Positions 40,323 to 50,511 of a DNA stretch of 64,000 bases are shown here, in pieces. Position 1 is the first letter of the stretch. Each line of letters begins with the position of its first letter. The notes under the pieces were generated by a model. It ran no database searches, was not told the DNA's origin, and saw only the letters and a program-made list of their open reading frames with translations. The position numbers were made by a program, and so were the translations under genes. Source of the stretch: Candidatus Hydrogenedentota bacterium (GTDB taxonomy: Bacteria > Hydrogenedentota > Hydrogenedentia > Hydrogenedentales > SLHB01); assembly GCA_045863335.1 (NCBI GenBank), contig BTVY01000015.1, forward strand, positions 21,511 to 85,510. The letters run 5' to 3'.

Positions 40323-41381
40323 ATGCGCAAAGAGTCCCTCAATTTTCTCAAACAATTGCTATCGACGCCCAGTCCTTCCGGATTTGAGGAGAAGATCCAG
40401 CAAGTCTGCAAGTCCTACGCGAAGCCGTACGTGGACAAGATTTACAAGGACGTTCACGGAAATCAGTACCACGTGAAGAATCCCGATGCGGAATTGCGCG
40501 TTATGCTGGCCGGTCACGTGGACGAAATCGCGCTCATGGTGAACCACATCGACGACAAGGGGTTCCTGGGATTCCAGGCCATCGGCGGAATTGACGCTTC
40601 GGTGCTGGACGGACAGCGCGTGCAAGTACACCATGAAAAAGGTTCGGTGCCGGGTGTGATTGGCCGGCGGGCAATTCACCTTACGGACCCGGAAGACCGT
40701 GGCAAGCCGCTTCCGATTCATCAACTCTGGATCGACATTGGCGCGCGGGACAAGAAGGAAGCGCAGCGCATCGTGTCCATCGGCGATCCGGCCACGATCG
40801 ATGTGGGCTTCCAGGAATTACGCAACGATCGCGTGGTCGCCCGCGCGCTGGATGACCGCATTGGCGCCTTTGTGATTCTCGAAACCATGCGGCTCCTGAA
40901 GAATCGCAAAGTCAACTGCGCGGTCTTCTGCGTGACGACCGTGCAAGAGGAAGTGGGATTGCGCGGCGCCACCACCAGCGCGTACGGGTGCAACCCACAC
41001 GCGGGCATCGCTGTGGACGTCGCGCACGCCACCGATCATCCGAATTGCGACAGCAAGCGGTTTGGCGCGTTTTCCCTGGGCGGCGGCCCAATTCTGAACC
41101 GCGGACCCAACATCAACCCGGTCGTGGCGAAGGGCCTCATCGACACCGCCAAGAAGAAGAAGATCCCGTATCAGATGGAAGCGGCGCCGCGCGGCACGGG
41201 CACCGACGCCAACGCAATGCAATTAAGCCGGGGCGGCGTGGCTACGGGTCTCATTGGCGTGCCGAATCGTTACATGCACTCGCCGGTAGAAATGGTCTCC
41301 CTCAAGGACGTGGAGCATTGCTCGGAACTGCTGGCCGAGTGGATCTGCACGCTCAAGCCGAAGCACAACTTCATTCCATGA
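40323..41381 (+). CDS. M42 family aminopeptidase
   Basis: PSPSGFE, AGHVDEI, ALDDRIG, VQEEVGLRGA, VDV, GTD, RYMHS. Confidence 0.93.
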   Translation: MRKESLNFLKQLLSTPSPSGFEEKIQQVCKSYAKPYVDKIYKDVHGNQYHVKNPDAELRVMLAGHVDEIALMVNHIDDKGFLGFQAIGGIDASVLDGQRVQVHHEKGSVPGVIGRRAIHLTDPEDRGKPLPIHQLWIDIGARDKKEAQRIVSIGDPATIDVGFQELRNDRVVARALDDRIGAFVILETMRLLKNRKVNCAVFCVTTVQEEVGLRGATTSAYGCNPHAGIAVDVAHATDHPNCDSKRFGAFSLGGGPILNRGPNINPVVAKGLIDTAKKKKIPYQMEAAPRGTGTDANAMQLSRGGVATGLIGVPNRYMHSPVEMVSLKDVEHCSELLAEWICTLKPKHNFIP

Positions 41382-42109
41382 ACGACGCGGTTCGGGTAAT
41401 CGTCGAAGAAGACTACGACGACATGAGCCGTCGTGGCGCGACGGTCGTTACGGAGCACCTCCGGGGAAACCCGTCGGCCCTGCTATGCGCGGCGAGTGGG
41501 AGTTCGCCCCTGGGCCTGTACGCAGAACTCGCGAAAGTGTGCGCCGGCGATCCCCAGTTGTTTTCCGCGTTGCGCGTCATCAAGCTTGACGAATGGGGGC
41601 CGCTTACCGTAGACGACCCCGCGTCTTGCGAGTTCTACGTACGAACCAAAGTCTGCGAACCCCTTGGTGTGGATGGCGGACGCTACATCACTTTTCGCGG
41701 CGATGCGTCCGATCCCGAGGCCGAATGCGCGGCCTTCGCGAGCGCGTTGCAGTCTGCCGGACCAATCGACATCTGCATCCTCGGAATGGGTGTGAACGGC
41801 CATGTCGGGATGAACGAGCCGGCAGACTGGCTTCATGAAACCGCGCATGTTGCGGTGTTGGCGAAGGAATCCCAAGGGCACGGCATGCTCGCGAACGCCC
41901 TCAGGCAACCCACGTACGGAATGACGCTTGGCATGGGCGATATTTTGCGATCGAGGCTCGTCTTGCTTCTGGTCAGCGGCGTGAAGAAGCGTGAGGCAAT
42001 GGCTGAGTTCATGAGTCGCCGCATCTCAACGCGCTTCCCTGCGTCCCTCTTGTGGACGCACCCCAACGCTATCGTCATTGCCGATCGGCGAGCAATGCCG
42101 GTTTCCTGA
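41378..42109 (+). CDS. Glucosamine/galactosamine-6-phosphate deaminase-isomerase (NagB/AgaI family)
   Basis: Start re-called at the ATGA overlap; SGSSP, KLDEW, LGMGVNGHVGMNEP, TLGMG. Confidence 0.85.
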   Translation: MNDAVRVIVEEDYDDMSRRGATVVTEHLRGNPSALLCAASGSSPLGLYAELAKVCAGDPQLFSALRVIKLDEWGPLTVDDPASCEFYVRTKVCEPLGVDGGRYITFRGDASDPEAECAAFASALQSAGPIDICILGMGVNGHVGMNEPADWLHETAHVAVLAKESQGHGMLANALRQPTYGMTLGMGDILRSRLVLLLVSGVKKREAMAEFMSRRISTRFPASLLWTHPNAIVIADRRAMPVS

Positions 42110-42770
42110 CTTCGAGGGTTTCGGCATTCACCGGCGCAACGCTGAGCGCGAGAATCGCCTGGCCAGTAAAGTACAACGGCAATCCCAACACGGCATTCTC
42201 GAAACCCGGCGACACGAACTGCTGGCGCGCCACGAAGATGTCGGAAACGTAGAACATGACCGCGCCGAGCAGAATGAGCCCGCCCCCGGGCTGCGACACG
42301 GTCCCGCCCGCAAGGATCACCATGATGCCAATGACCACGGTATAGGCGGCGACGGGAATCTGGAGATCGCTGGGAACGTGCGGCCACACCCATCGAATGA
42401 CTAACACGCCTACAATCACGATCGCGACTGCGGAAGGAACGAGCCCGTGAATTCGAAGACCACGCACGGTATAGGCGGCACAGTACGCAAGGTGGGCGAC
42501 CAGAAACGCGACGAGGCCGGCAAGAAACCGGCTCTCCCCTCCGGACAGAAGAAAGTAGTCCCCGAAGGAGGAACAGACCAGCCCTGCGAACAGAATCCGC
42601 CCATACATCGACCGATGCGCGCCCGCGAGCAGGGCGGTGGCGAGAAAACTGAACGACGCGGCCATTTTGAAATAACTGGAAAACCCGGAAGCGCTCATCA
42701 GCAGGCAAACGATGCAGAACGCAACGGTCAGACCCGCAGCCAAAAGCGCGCGCGAAGGTATGGTCTTCAT
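42075..42770 (-). CDS. YhhN/lysoplasmalogenase family membrane protein
   Basis: K...S..F, S.FGD..L, GL.AFL.AH..Y, F..SD, Y..GQ. Confidence 0.85.
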   Translation of the reverse strand: MKTIPSRALLAAGLTVAFCIVCLLMSASGFSSYFKMAASFSFLATALLAGAHRSMYGRILFAGLVCSSFGDYFLLSGGESRFLAGLVAFLVAHLAYCAAYTVRGLRIHGLVPSAVAIVIVGVLVIRWVWPHVPSDLQIPVAAYTVVIGIMVILAGGTVSQPGGGLILLGAVMFYVSDIFVARQQFVSPGFENAVLGLPLYFTGQAILALSVAPVNAETLEVRKPALLADRQ

Positions 42771-42903
42771 CGTCGAAGGATTCTCCTGGTTGGCCAATCG
42801 CGGTTGCGCTTGAGCTACGATCCAAACCAGCCCGATTGCTCGTGGCGTGTACCGAGAATACCAGCGACGGAAGGGACAAACCAGCCAAAACGACCCACAG
42901 GAG

Positions 42904-43338
42904 TTAGCCACCGGGCGCGTCGTTCAGATACCCTTCGAGCGCCGTGATCTCGTTGATCAGTTCGTTGATACGATCGTGCAACAGATATCGAAGCGAGATC
43001 ATGCCCGCAATTTCGCCGTTCGACTTTATGATGGGAAGGTGGCGAATGCGACGCTCGCTCATGAGCCGGATGGCGTCGTTCAACTCGGTGGACTCAGGGG
43101 CGACGGCGATATCCGAAGTCATGACGTCGCCCAAGAGGGTGGTGCGCGGATCGCGCTCCTGCAGAACGATCCGCGACATGACGTCGCGCTCGCTGAAGAT
43201 GCCCCGCAGGTCGTTCGTATCGCCGATTAGAACCGCACCAGAGCGATGTTCGACCATTACCTCGATCGCCCGCCACGCCGTGTCGTCCTCGGTCAGCATC
43301 AACAACTCGGTATTTCTCAAAAAGGGTTTTAACGACAT
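42904..43338 (-). CDS. CBS-pair domain protein
   Basis: GIFSERD, DVMT, IRHLPI, GMIS. Confidence 0.88.
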   Translation of the reverse strand: MSLKPFLRNTELLMLTEDDTAWRAIEVMVEHRSGAVLIGDTNDLRGIFSERDVMSRIVLQERDPRTTLLGDVMTSDIAVAPESTELNDAIRLMSERRIRHLPIIKSNGEIAGMISLRYLLHDRINELINEITALEGYLNDAPGG

Positions 43339-43575
43339 GAATATGCCCTCGCACGTGTGCCTCAAGATCTCGCAGCGACTCCAACATGCCCTAAGTTGCT
43401 TGAAAACGCAATAAGAAACTGGCTGATATGCGGCGGGCAATTCCGGAACTTCTTTTGTAGAGGGACCTTACAGACGGCAAGTCAATTCGTAAACCACCGT
43501 CGCAAGGAGAAGTTTAGGAGGTCACTCGCGAGATCCCGGGCGGATAAGGAAAGTCGACCGTCTTCTGGGCAGCGG

Positions 43576-44043
43576 TTAGCTGTCGCTTGAGCCGCCAATC
43601 TGCTGATCCAATTCATCGAGAAACCAGCGCAACCGCCGCTGGTCTTCGGAAGTCATGTGATGAAACTGGACACCACAGGCGTGCCCCTTTTTCTCGGGTA
43701 CTGGTTTCGTCCAACGCACCTGAGCGCGGGGCGCGATCGACGTGTGCTCCTGAAGATCGATGTAGAGCGTCACATCCTGGCCGGGTGCGATCTCATACTT
43801 CGACATGACGCACGCGCCACCGGAACTCAAGTCGAGCAGCTTACCTTTGGTCTTGTGGGTATCCATCTGCATGTCACCGCCGGATGAAAACCCAACCGCG
43901 AACTCGACCACCACTGGGCAGGTTTTCCGGATAGTTCTTCGTCTCAGACGGCGCTGATCCGAAGACGCGTCAGCGCCCGAAGAAGTCTCCGGCGCGAGTA
44001 TAATTCGTAATTCTCTTGCTGGCCCGAATTCCGTTTGACGCAT
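43576..44043 (-). CDS. PilZ-domain protein (c-di-GMP receptor candidate)
   Basis: RRRTIR (RxxxR), DLSSGG (DxSxxG), VRW, GVQF. Confidence 0.85.
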   Translation of the reverse strand: MRQTEFGPARELRIILAPETSSGADASSDQRRLRRRTIRKTCPVVVEFAVGFSSGGDMQMDTHKTKGKLLDLSSGGACVMSKYEIAPGQDVTLYIDLQEHTSIAPRAQVRWTKPVPEKKGHACGVQFHHMTSEDQRRLRWFLDELDQQIGGSSDS

Positions 44044-44102
44044 CGAGTGTATCCTCTGCCCTAACTGTTCAAGGATAGATTGACGGGACTTGCGCTATTT
44101 GA

Positions 44103-44462
44103 TCATGACGCCAGAATAAGTGTCTTCTCCTCCACCCCGTCCTCCGGGGGGCCGTACCGGAGCATGACTTTCGCGCCTTGCATGAAGTCGGTCGACTCGA
44201 GAATCGGACGGACCACGTCGAACAAGCGGTCAGCATCGGGGCCGTACATGTACAGGCTGCCATCACTGCCGTCCACGGCGATCTCGTTGCCGTCGTATTC
44301 ACCGGCACGAGAGGTTTCGATAGCGTCTTCGAGCCGCTTCTCCAACTGGAAGATGCGGGACAGATCGGTCGAACCATACTGAAAATGGACGATGACCGCG
44401 TGGCTGGGAGAAGGTTCCGGCTCCTTCGACCCGCCGCCGAGGATTCGGGAGAACAAACTCAC
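44103..44462 (-). CDS. Small hypothetical protein
   Basis: Plausible start directly after the upstream gene; globular alpha/beta pattern (GEYDGNEI...LYMYGPDADRLF); no family recognised. Confidence 0.65.
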   Translation of the reverse strand: MSLFSRILGGGSKEPEPSPSHAVIVHFQYGSTDLSRIFQLEKRLEDAIETSRAGEYDGNEIAVDGSDGSLYMYGPDADRLFDVVRPILESTDFMQGAKVMLRYGPPEDGVEEKTLILAS

Positions 44463-44479
44463 GTGTCAGTATCCTCCAT

Positions 44480-46219
44480 CTACCGGCCCCAACGCGCCTG
44501 GAGCGGTTGGCGCAGTTGGACGCTGGCGCTCTCGATGTCTTCGTAGCGTTGGTCTCCCTCCTTCAAGAAGAAGGGAATGAACGCCAGCTTTTCGATATAC
44601 GTCGAACCCACATCCACGGGAATGATGGGTCCGCGTTGATAGTCGCTGAAGGGATACACCCACCCGCGGGTGAAGTACGTGACCGGAATCGACCAGAAGT
44701 GATGGTAATAGAGATAGAACGCCGGCCGATGGGTTGAGGCCTCCCCGCGGGTCGCGTTGAAGGCGAGGGAGGACTCAATAACCTCGCCGATGCCGTAATC
44801 CTGCGTCTCGTTGGTGAGGGCCAGCCAGGGGACGTCATGGTCCACGCGAATCGCCCATTCGTCCTGCCAGTTGGGGCCGTGGAGCGTCCGTGCGCTGCGC
44901 AGTCCCCCGCTCTTCTCTTTCCACACGAAATGGTCGATGAGATGGGAGTCGAGCACGATCTCGCCATTCCGGATGGCGGAAGCGTTCAAGGGGTCGCGCA
45001 CTTCCATGACGGTGGTGCATTTGACGTAGGGCACGCCCGCGTAGAACGTATAGGTGACCGATGCGTGCACCTGGGGGGTGGCATCCGGCATGCGGCCGCT
45101 GTTCGTGATGCGGAACATGAGCGGGCCACGTGTCGTCACGATCGTCTTGTCCGGCGGGTCCCATGCGAAGGTGTGGCCCCACTTGCCGTTGTCGGAAAAG
45201 GAATCGGGGTTCCAGTGCACGGCGTTGCTGTAACTGTTTGTCAGCGTCGGCACGGGGTTGTCGTCGCGCCCTTTCAGATTGAAGGAAGCAATCTGGCCGG
45301 AACCCTGATCGAGCTGGACGACATAGTGCTCGTTCTCGACTTTGGCTTCGAGCGACGGTCCCTCGATGTTTAATCCGCCCTTGATTTCGGCGGGCGAAGC
45401 GGCCTTCGGGTTGTCGTAGAGGAAGACGTATACGCGAGATTCGTTTGCGGGTACCGATGCGAGAAACACGCCTTCGACCGACTGCGACGGATGTTGCAGA
45501 TAATTGGTGTTCGACGTGCCCGGCGGCGTTCCGGGGAACCGCTTGGCGTTGAATGTCTGGATTGGCACGGGCGTGTACGTCTCGCCATCGCAGGCAAACA
45601 CGCGCAGTTCCCGTTCCAAATCTTCGCAGTCCTCTGCGCGCGCCGCGATCGAGAACTCGACGGGTTCGCCGTTCCGAGCAAGCCCTGCCGGTTCGTGCAA
45701 AACCACCGACTGGTACCGATTAAACCCATCCGGCGCGCCCCCGGTTTTAGGGGCCTTGGCTTCGAAAGATCGCGTGACGGTCTTGGACGTTCCTTCCGCG
45801 TCTTTCGCGCTAATTTCGACTTCGATGGAGGTATTCTCGCCGTTGTGCCAAACGGATCGCGTGACCAGGACTACGTTCTTCGCGTCCGTGGCTTCCTGCG
45901 TGATCCATCCCGACTGGACGTGGGCGAATCCGTCCACGAAAGCATAGAACGAATCCGATTCCGTGCCGTTGACACGAATCTTGGCGATGCTTGCGGAGGC
46001 TCCGTCCGTCCAATCGCCGAGGGGAAGCACGACCTCGAAGAACGGGTGCTCCACCGTCGGCGACACGAAGGTGACCTCCGTCACGTTCTTCGGATCATAG
46101 GGCGTCGGATACAGGACCTGTCCGTCACCCACATCCCGGCCAGTTTCAACCGATACCGGCAACTGCGCGCCTGCAACCAGCGCGCAGAGCAAAACGGCCA
46201 ATAGTGCAGCAAGCCGCAC
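44480..46219 (-). CDS. Secreted hypothetical protein, paralogue of 46222-48429
   Basis: Signal peptide; beta-rich; many motifs shared with the upstream gene. Confidence 0.8.
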   Translation of the reverse strand: MRLAALLAVLLCALVAGAQLPVSVETGRDVGDGQVLYPTPYDPKNVTEVTFVSPTVEHPFFEVVLPLGDWTDGASASIAKIRVNGTESDSFYAFVDGFAHVQSGWITQEATDAKNVVLVTRSVWHNGENTSIEVEISAKDAEGTSKTVTRSFEAKAPKTGGAPDGFNRYQSVVLHEPAGLARNGEPVEFSIAARAEDCEDLERELRVFACDGETYTPVPIQTFNAKRFPGTPPGTSNTNYLQHPSQSVEGVFLASVPANESRVYVFLYDNPKAASPAEIKGGLNIEGPSLEAKVENEHYVVQLDQGSGQIASFNLKGRDDNPVPTLTNSYSNAVHWNPDSFSDNGKWGHTFAWDPPDKTIVTTRGPLMFRITNSGRMPDATPQVHASVTYTFYAGVPYVKCTTVMEVRDPLNASAIRNGEIVLDSHLIDHFVWKEKSGGLRSARTLHGPNWQDEWAIRVDHDVPWLALTNETQDYGIGEVIESSLAFNATRGEASTHRPAFYLYYHHFWSIPVTYFTRGWVYPFSDYQRGPIIPVDVGSTYIEKLAFIPFFLKEGDQRYEDIESASVQLRQPLQARWGR

Positions 46220-46221
46220 AG

Positions 46222-48429
46222 CTACTCCTCGCCTTCCGTATCTTTGTGCCCGCTGAGCGCGCCTTCCACGCCCTCATCAAAGGGCATAGTCAAGATGGGC
46301 ATTACCCAGGCTTCCGGCGTGCGTTCGTCGGTGGCCATCCATTCGTGTACCAGCAGCGGATTTGAGAGCTGCTCCGTAAGCGACTCGATCTCGGCGAAGG
46401 GGTCGTCGTCCTCCGCAAACCGGAATGGCACCCAAGCCGCCGTTTCCGTGTAAAAACTGCCGGCACGCACAGGCATCATGCGCGTGAAGTTCAGACCGCC
46501 AAAGGGATAGACCAAGGGCCGGGACCAATAGATCCAGGGTCCGTTCTGCACGTAGATGTAGGGCTGCGCGGCGCTCGGCTGCTGGCCGTACTTGTTGCCG
46601 CAATTGAACTCGAGGTTGATGCTGGCGAATCCGACCTTCTGTTCGCGATTGATGAAGGCCATCCACGGCGTTTCCGCGGGAACTTCCAGGGCGTGGATCG
46701 GATGTTTGCGCGACGATTCGATGTCGAGGCTCTGCACCGTGCCCAGGGGATCCTTCCACACAAATTCATTGAGCACGGCATGGTTGAAAACGAGTTCCCC
46801 GTTGCGCGCGGCCATGACGAAGTGATCGTTGATGACCTCCATGTAGGACGTCATCATCACGTAGGGCCTATCCGCATAGAACTCGTAGGAAATGGACGAG
46901 TTGACCGTTTCCATGTGGGGCAACGGCGCGTAGCGGCGCGTCCGGTGCATGATGGGACCGCTGATCTCATCGTAAATGGGCGTTTCCCAGTCGCTCGCGT
47001 GAACCCACGGGATCGGAGGCGAGTAGAATCCCGGGTTCCAGTGCACGGCGCCGTTGGTTTCGAGCTTGTGCTCAAGCAACACCGGCTCGCCCTCGCCGCG
47101 GATCGTCACCTGCTCCACGGCCCCGCTGTTCACGGACAGGTAGAACTCGTACGCGTCCGTCGTGATCGTCTGGCTCAGTCCCTCTCCTTTTGCCACGTTG
47201 AGGTCTGTGTCCAAACTTAACGGTTCCGCGTTTGGATTGCCGTATACCACCTGGTAGACCTTCAGCTCGTACGGCTGGACATCGGCGAGAAACACGAGTT
47301 CGACCGTAGTCGTCGCGTCATACCGGTGCACCGGTTCGCCGGTTTCGGCGTCCAGCTCACCCGAGTTGAGCAGCCGCTCATCGCGCCAGACGGTCACGTT
47401 GGTCACTTGACAGGGGGCGACTACATAGCCGTCCGCGCCGGCATTGGGATGGGTCGGTTCGTAGGAGACTACGCGAATCTCGTTCTCAGGTTTGGTGACG
47501 TCGTCGGCAAAAAGCCCCAGCATGGCGTGCACGGGCTCGCCCTGGCGCTGGATACCGGCCGTTTCGTGGAGCACCAGGGAAACCGAGTGCGGCCAGTCCG
47601 CGTTCCAGTAGCCGCCGGAGCCGGGCGCGGTCCCCTCGGCCTCAAAGGTGGACTCTTTGCCGTCCTCATCCGCGATCGTAACCGCGACCGTATGCTTCGA
47701 ACCGTTCACCCAGTCCACCGGGGCCACGATCTGAAAATCGCGGCTGCCCGCGATGACGCCTTCGTACGTTTCGCCTTCAACGGTTCCATTCTCAGTTGAA
47801 CCGGGAAGGGCCTTTCCGTGGTTGAAGTAGCGGGCGTCGCGGCTGGCTTTACCGTCCACGGATACGGATATGACCTTGCCGGGCGCGAGTGACTCTTTGG
47901 CCAGGGTTACGGTGAGGTGGTGATACGGAAACTCCGCGGTAGGCTGACCGAAACTCGGGCCTTTCACCTTCGTGCGCGCGGCCGGCGCCGTTTCGTTTGC
48001 GGCAAGCCGTACCGGTTCGCCTGCTTCGCTAGTGCCTTCCAAGGCGATCTCGTAGACCTTGCCGGGCTGCCAGTCCGCGTACAGGGAAACGGAAAAGTCT
48101 TCGCTGCCGTGTACCCAACGGTTCCCATTAAAGACGCTATGATTGGCGATGACGAACGGGTCTTTTTCGTCGCCATTCACCAGAACCCGCTCAACCTGAA
48201 ACGCCGGAGCCGCGTTTTTCGGAAACTTCGCCACGAGGTCGTAGGTGACGTTGGCGAATTCGCCGACGGGCTGAAACTCCACGGTCTGCGGTCCTGCAGG
48301 CGCGGTGGACTCCGTGAATCCGGATGGCCGCGGGTGGCGCAAATCGGCCGCGCGTTCCGCAGCCGAGATTCCGGAACCGGCAAAAGCAATCAATAGAACG
48401 AGTGTCGCGGCGAAAGCAGCGCTACGCAT
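46222..48429 (-). CDS. Secreted hypothetical protein, paralogue of 44480-46219 with an extra N-terminal beta domain
   Basis: Signal peptide, GAGGAG RBS; ends 2 nt before the next gene starts. Confidence 0.8.
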   Translation of the reverse strand: MRSAAFAATLVLLIAFAGSGISAAERAADLRHPRPSGFTESTAPAGPQTVEFQPVGEFANVTYDLVAKFPKNAAPAFQVERVLVNGDEKDPFVIANHSVFNGNRWVHGSEDFSVSLYADWQPGKVYEIALEGTSEAGEPVRLAANETAPAARTKVKGPSFGQPTAEFPYHHLTVTLAKESLAPGKVISVSVDGKASRDARYFNHGKALPGSTENGTVEGETYEGVIAGSRDFQIVAPVDWVNGSKHTVAVTIADEDGKESTFEAEGTAPGSGGYWNADWPHSVSLVLHETAGIQRQGEPVHAMLGLFADDVTKPENEIRVVSYEPTHPNAGADGYVVAPCQVTNVTVWRDERLLNSGELDAETGEPVHRYDATTTVELVFLADVQPYELKVYQVVYGNPNAEPLSLDTDLNVAKGEGLSQTITTDAYEFYLSVNSGAVEQVTIRGEGEPVLLEHKLETNGAVHWNPGFYSPPIPWVHASDWETPIYDEISGPIMHRTRRYAPLPHMETVNSSISYEFYADRPYVMMTSYMEVINDHFVMAARNGELVFNHAVLNEFVWKDPLGTVQSLDIESSRKHPIHALEVPAETPWMAFINREQKVGFASINLEFNCGNKYGQQPSAAQPYIYVQNGPWIYWSRPLVYPFGGLNFTRMMPVRAGSFYTETAAWVPFRFAEDDDPFAEIESLTEQLSNPLLVHEWMATDERTPEAWVMPILTMPFDEGVEGALSGHKDTEGEE

Positions 48430-48459
48430 GTCGGGTCTCCTCGGTTCGTTGCAGTTTCG

Positions 48460-48633
48460 TCACTCGTGTTTCTTGTTCTGTTTTGCTTCGTGTTCTTCAC
48501 GAAGGATACGCAGCAATGCCCGGATATCCAAGGCCCCTCCAATGGTTACCCAAAGGGACATGATGGTGAAGGCGGCCACGCTTACGATAAAGACGGCCTT
48601 CCAAAGGCTCATCCAGAACTCGATTGAATCCAT
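48460..48633 (-). CDS. 57-aa single-TM membrane protein, absent from the ORF track
   Basis: Hand-translated MDSIEFWMSLWKAVFIVSVAAFTIMSLWVTIGGALDIRALLRILREEHEAKQNKKHE*; AAGGA upstream; fills the gap between the SSS gene and the secreted pair. Confidence 0.75.
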   Translation of the reverse strand: MDSIEFWMSLWKAVFIVSVAAFTIMSLWVTIGGALDIRALLRILREEHEAKQNKKHE

Positions 48634-48672
48634 AACCGAAATCCTTTTTGGTTCAACGCGTGGAACAAGCGC

Positions 48673-50274
48673 TTACGCGGCCGATTCCGCGGCAGTGTCT
48701 TCGTCAGGGCGCTTCCTATCGGGAAACAAGAGCGAACCAATAATCATCACGGTGAGCGCCAGCAAAACGACGGCTAACCCAACCCGCTGGCTCGGCAGGT
48801 ACGTGGCCATGATGTGCTCGGCCCGCGTCAGATCGATGCGCAGCACAGTCAATAACAAGAACCGTTGCAGGGCTTCGAGTCCCAGCACCGCCAGACCGCC
48901 CGTGCACATGGCCAGCACCGCGCCGGTCGAACTGGCGCGCTTCCAGTAGAGCCCGCCGAGCAGGACACTAAAGGCGCCGGTGAAATAGATCGCACCGCTT
49001 ACGGTCAGGAAGTCCCACAGGTCCTGGCGCAGCGGATAGACGTAGCTCATAATAAAGATCGTGATCCCGATCAAGAGGACAAAGCCACGGGTCGTCCATA
49101 CCCGGGCTTTTTGCGACATGTGGTTCCTGGACAAGGGCACGACCACGTCGTTGGTGAGCACCGAACTCCAGCAGAGGAAGTAGCCGCTGTCCGTCGACAT
49201 CATTGCCGCGACCATGGCCGCCGTAATCAGCCCGATCATACCGACGGGAAGCGTGCGGCTGAAGAACACCGGCATGCCGTACAAGGAATCCACGGCCGTC
49301 GCGCCTTCCGCAGTCGGGAAGAAGGCTTCCTTCAGCGCGGGCGATCCCATTATGAACACGAAGGCGGCGATGCCCCAGAAATACGGCACAATCATGCGAA
49401 TGGCATAGGAGATGGAGGCCCACATGAATTGCTTCTTCACGACCGATACGTTCTCACTGGCGAGCGCGCGCGCGACCGAAGTGGGCCAAACCGCGCAACT
49501 GACCACGCCCATGAAAACCATCCAAAGCACGTAGTCGACGCCAAATGCGCTTTCCGCCTCGAAGGGATTGAAACCCGCCGAACCCTTCAGTTCGGCCACC
49601 GTGTTAAAGACATGATTCCACCCGACCTCGTGGATTGCGAGCATGGTTCCAAGCACCATGCCGAAGGCCAGTACCACGAACTGGAGGTAGTCGGTCAAGA
49701 CGACGGACACCATGCCGCCGAGCACGGTATAAAACAACTCGACAGCGACGAGGACGATCATGAGCATGAGCAGCGCCCGGTCGCTCTCGAGACCCATGAC
49801 GGCCTGAAGGAACATGGCGCCGGCTTTGAGGAACATGCTCATGTTGAGGATGCCGCCAAAGGCCAGCATCAGTCCGCCCAGGACTTGCGTCTTGCGCCCG
49901 AACCGCTTGCGGTAGAAGTCGGGAATGGTCAAGGCGTTGTGCTTGCGGAGGGGCCCGATGATGAAGCCGCTCGCGCCGATCATGAAGGCGACGATGCCCG
50001 CGGCCAAACCAATATGAAAGGCCGCAAATCCGCCGTTAAACCCCTTTTGGGCCGCGTACATGACAGTCACCAGCCCAAGTTCCGTTCCGGTCAGCGTCGC
50101 GACGCCCAGCGCCGTCCGCACGCCGCGTCCCGCGACGACGTAGTCGTCCATGTCTGAAATATAGCGACGCGCCACCAAACCAAACGCGATGGTGGCCACC
50201 ATATAGACGAAGAGAATCGCCCAGTCTACCCCCGTGAAATTGGTGTGTTGAAAGATGTCGCCGAATTGTTCCAT
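48673..50274 (-). CDS. Sodium:solute symporter (SSS) family protein
   Basis: DYVVAGR, GGMVSVVLTDYLQF, AAMMST.S; about 13-14 TM segments. Confidence 0.9.
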   Translation of the reverse strand: MEQFGDIFQHTNFTGVDWAILFVYMVATIAFGLVARRYISDMDDYVVAGRGVRTALGVATLTGTELGLVTVMYAAQKGFNGGFAAFHIGLAAGIVAFMIGASGFIIGPLRKHNALTIPDFYRKRFGRKTQVLGGLMLAFGGILNMSMFLKAGAMFLQAVMGLESDRALLMLMIVLVAVELFYTVLGGMVSVVLTDYLQFVVLAFGMVLGTMLAIHEVGWNHVFNTVAELKGSAGFNPFEAESAFGVDYVLWMVFMGVVSCAVWPTSVARALASENVSVVKKQFMWASISYAIRMIVPYFWGIAAFVFIMGSPALKEAFFPTAEGATAVDSLYGMPVFFSRTLPVGMIGLITAAMVAAMMSTDSGYFLCWSSVLTNDVVVPLSRNHMSQKARVWTTRGFVLLIGITIFIMSYVYPLRQDLWDFLTVSGAIYFTGAFSVLLGGLYWKRASSTGAVLAMCTGGLAVLGLEALQRFLLLTVLRIDLTRAEHIMATYLPSQRVGLAVVLLALTVMIIGSLLFPDRKRPDEDTAAESAA

Positions 50275-50445
50275 GTTCCCCTTCCACGGTGCGTCTCGCG
50301 TGGCATAGAACGGCCAATGCGGGAGGCACCCTCGCCGCTTCGAGCAACCCAATGGGTGGACGGACATGCTAGCACGTGGCCGTGGCGTGCGCAACGCGGC
50401 GATGGCGAGTGACCGGAAAGTCCGTCCGTTGGCCTACATGGAACA

Positions 50446-50482
50446 ACTCGGCCCCGGTGGCAGGTACTCCACCGGGGCGAGT
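50446..50482. terminator. Hairpin downstream of the FG-GAP gene
   Basis: ACTCG(G)CCCCGGTGG / CCACCGGGGCGAGT stem. Confidence 0.6.
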
Positions 50483-50511
50483 CGTTTCTTAAACCAGTGA
50501 GGGACTAACGA

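Noticed and set aside
21793-42109. Apparent long N-terminal extensions or fusions in ORF-track calls 21793-23241 and 40988-42109
   Set aside because: The extensions overlap neighbouring real genes in another frame; the true starts are at ATGA overlaps (22854, 41378)
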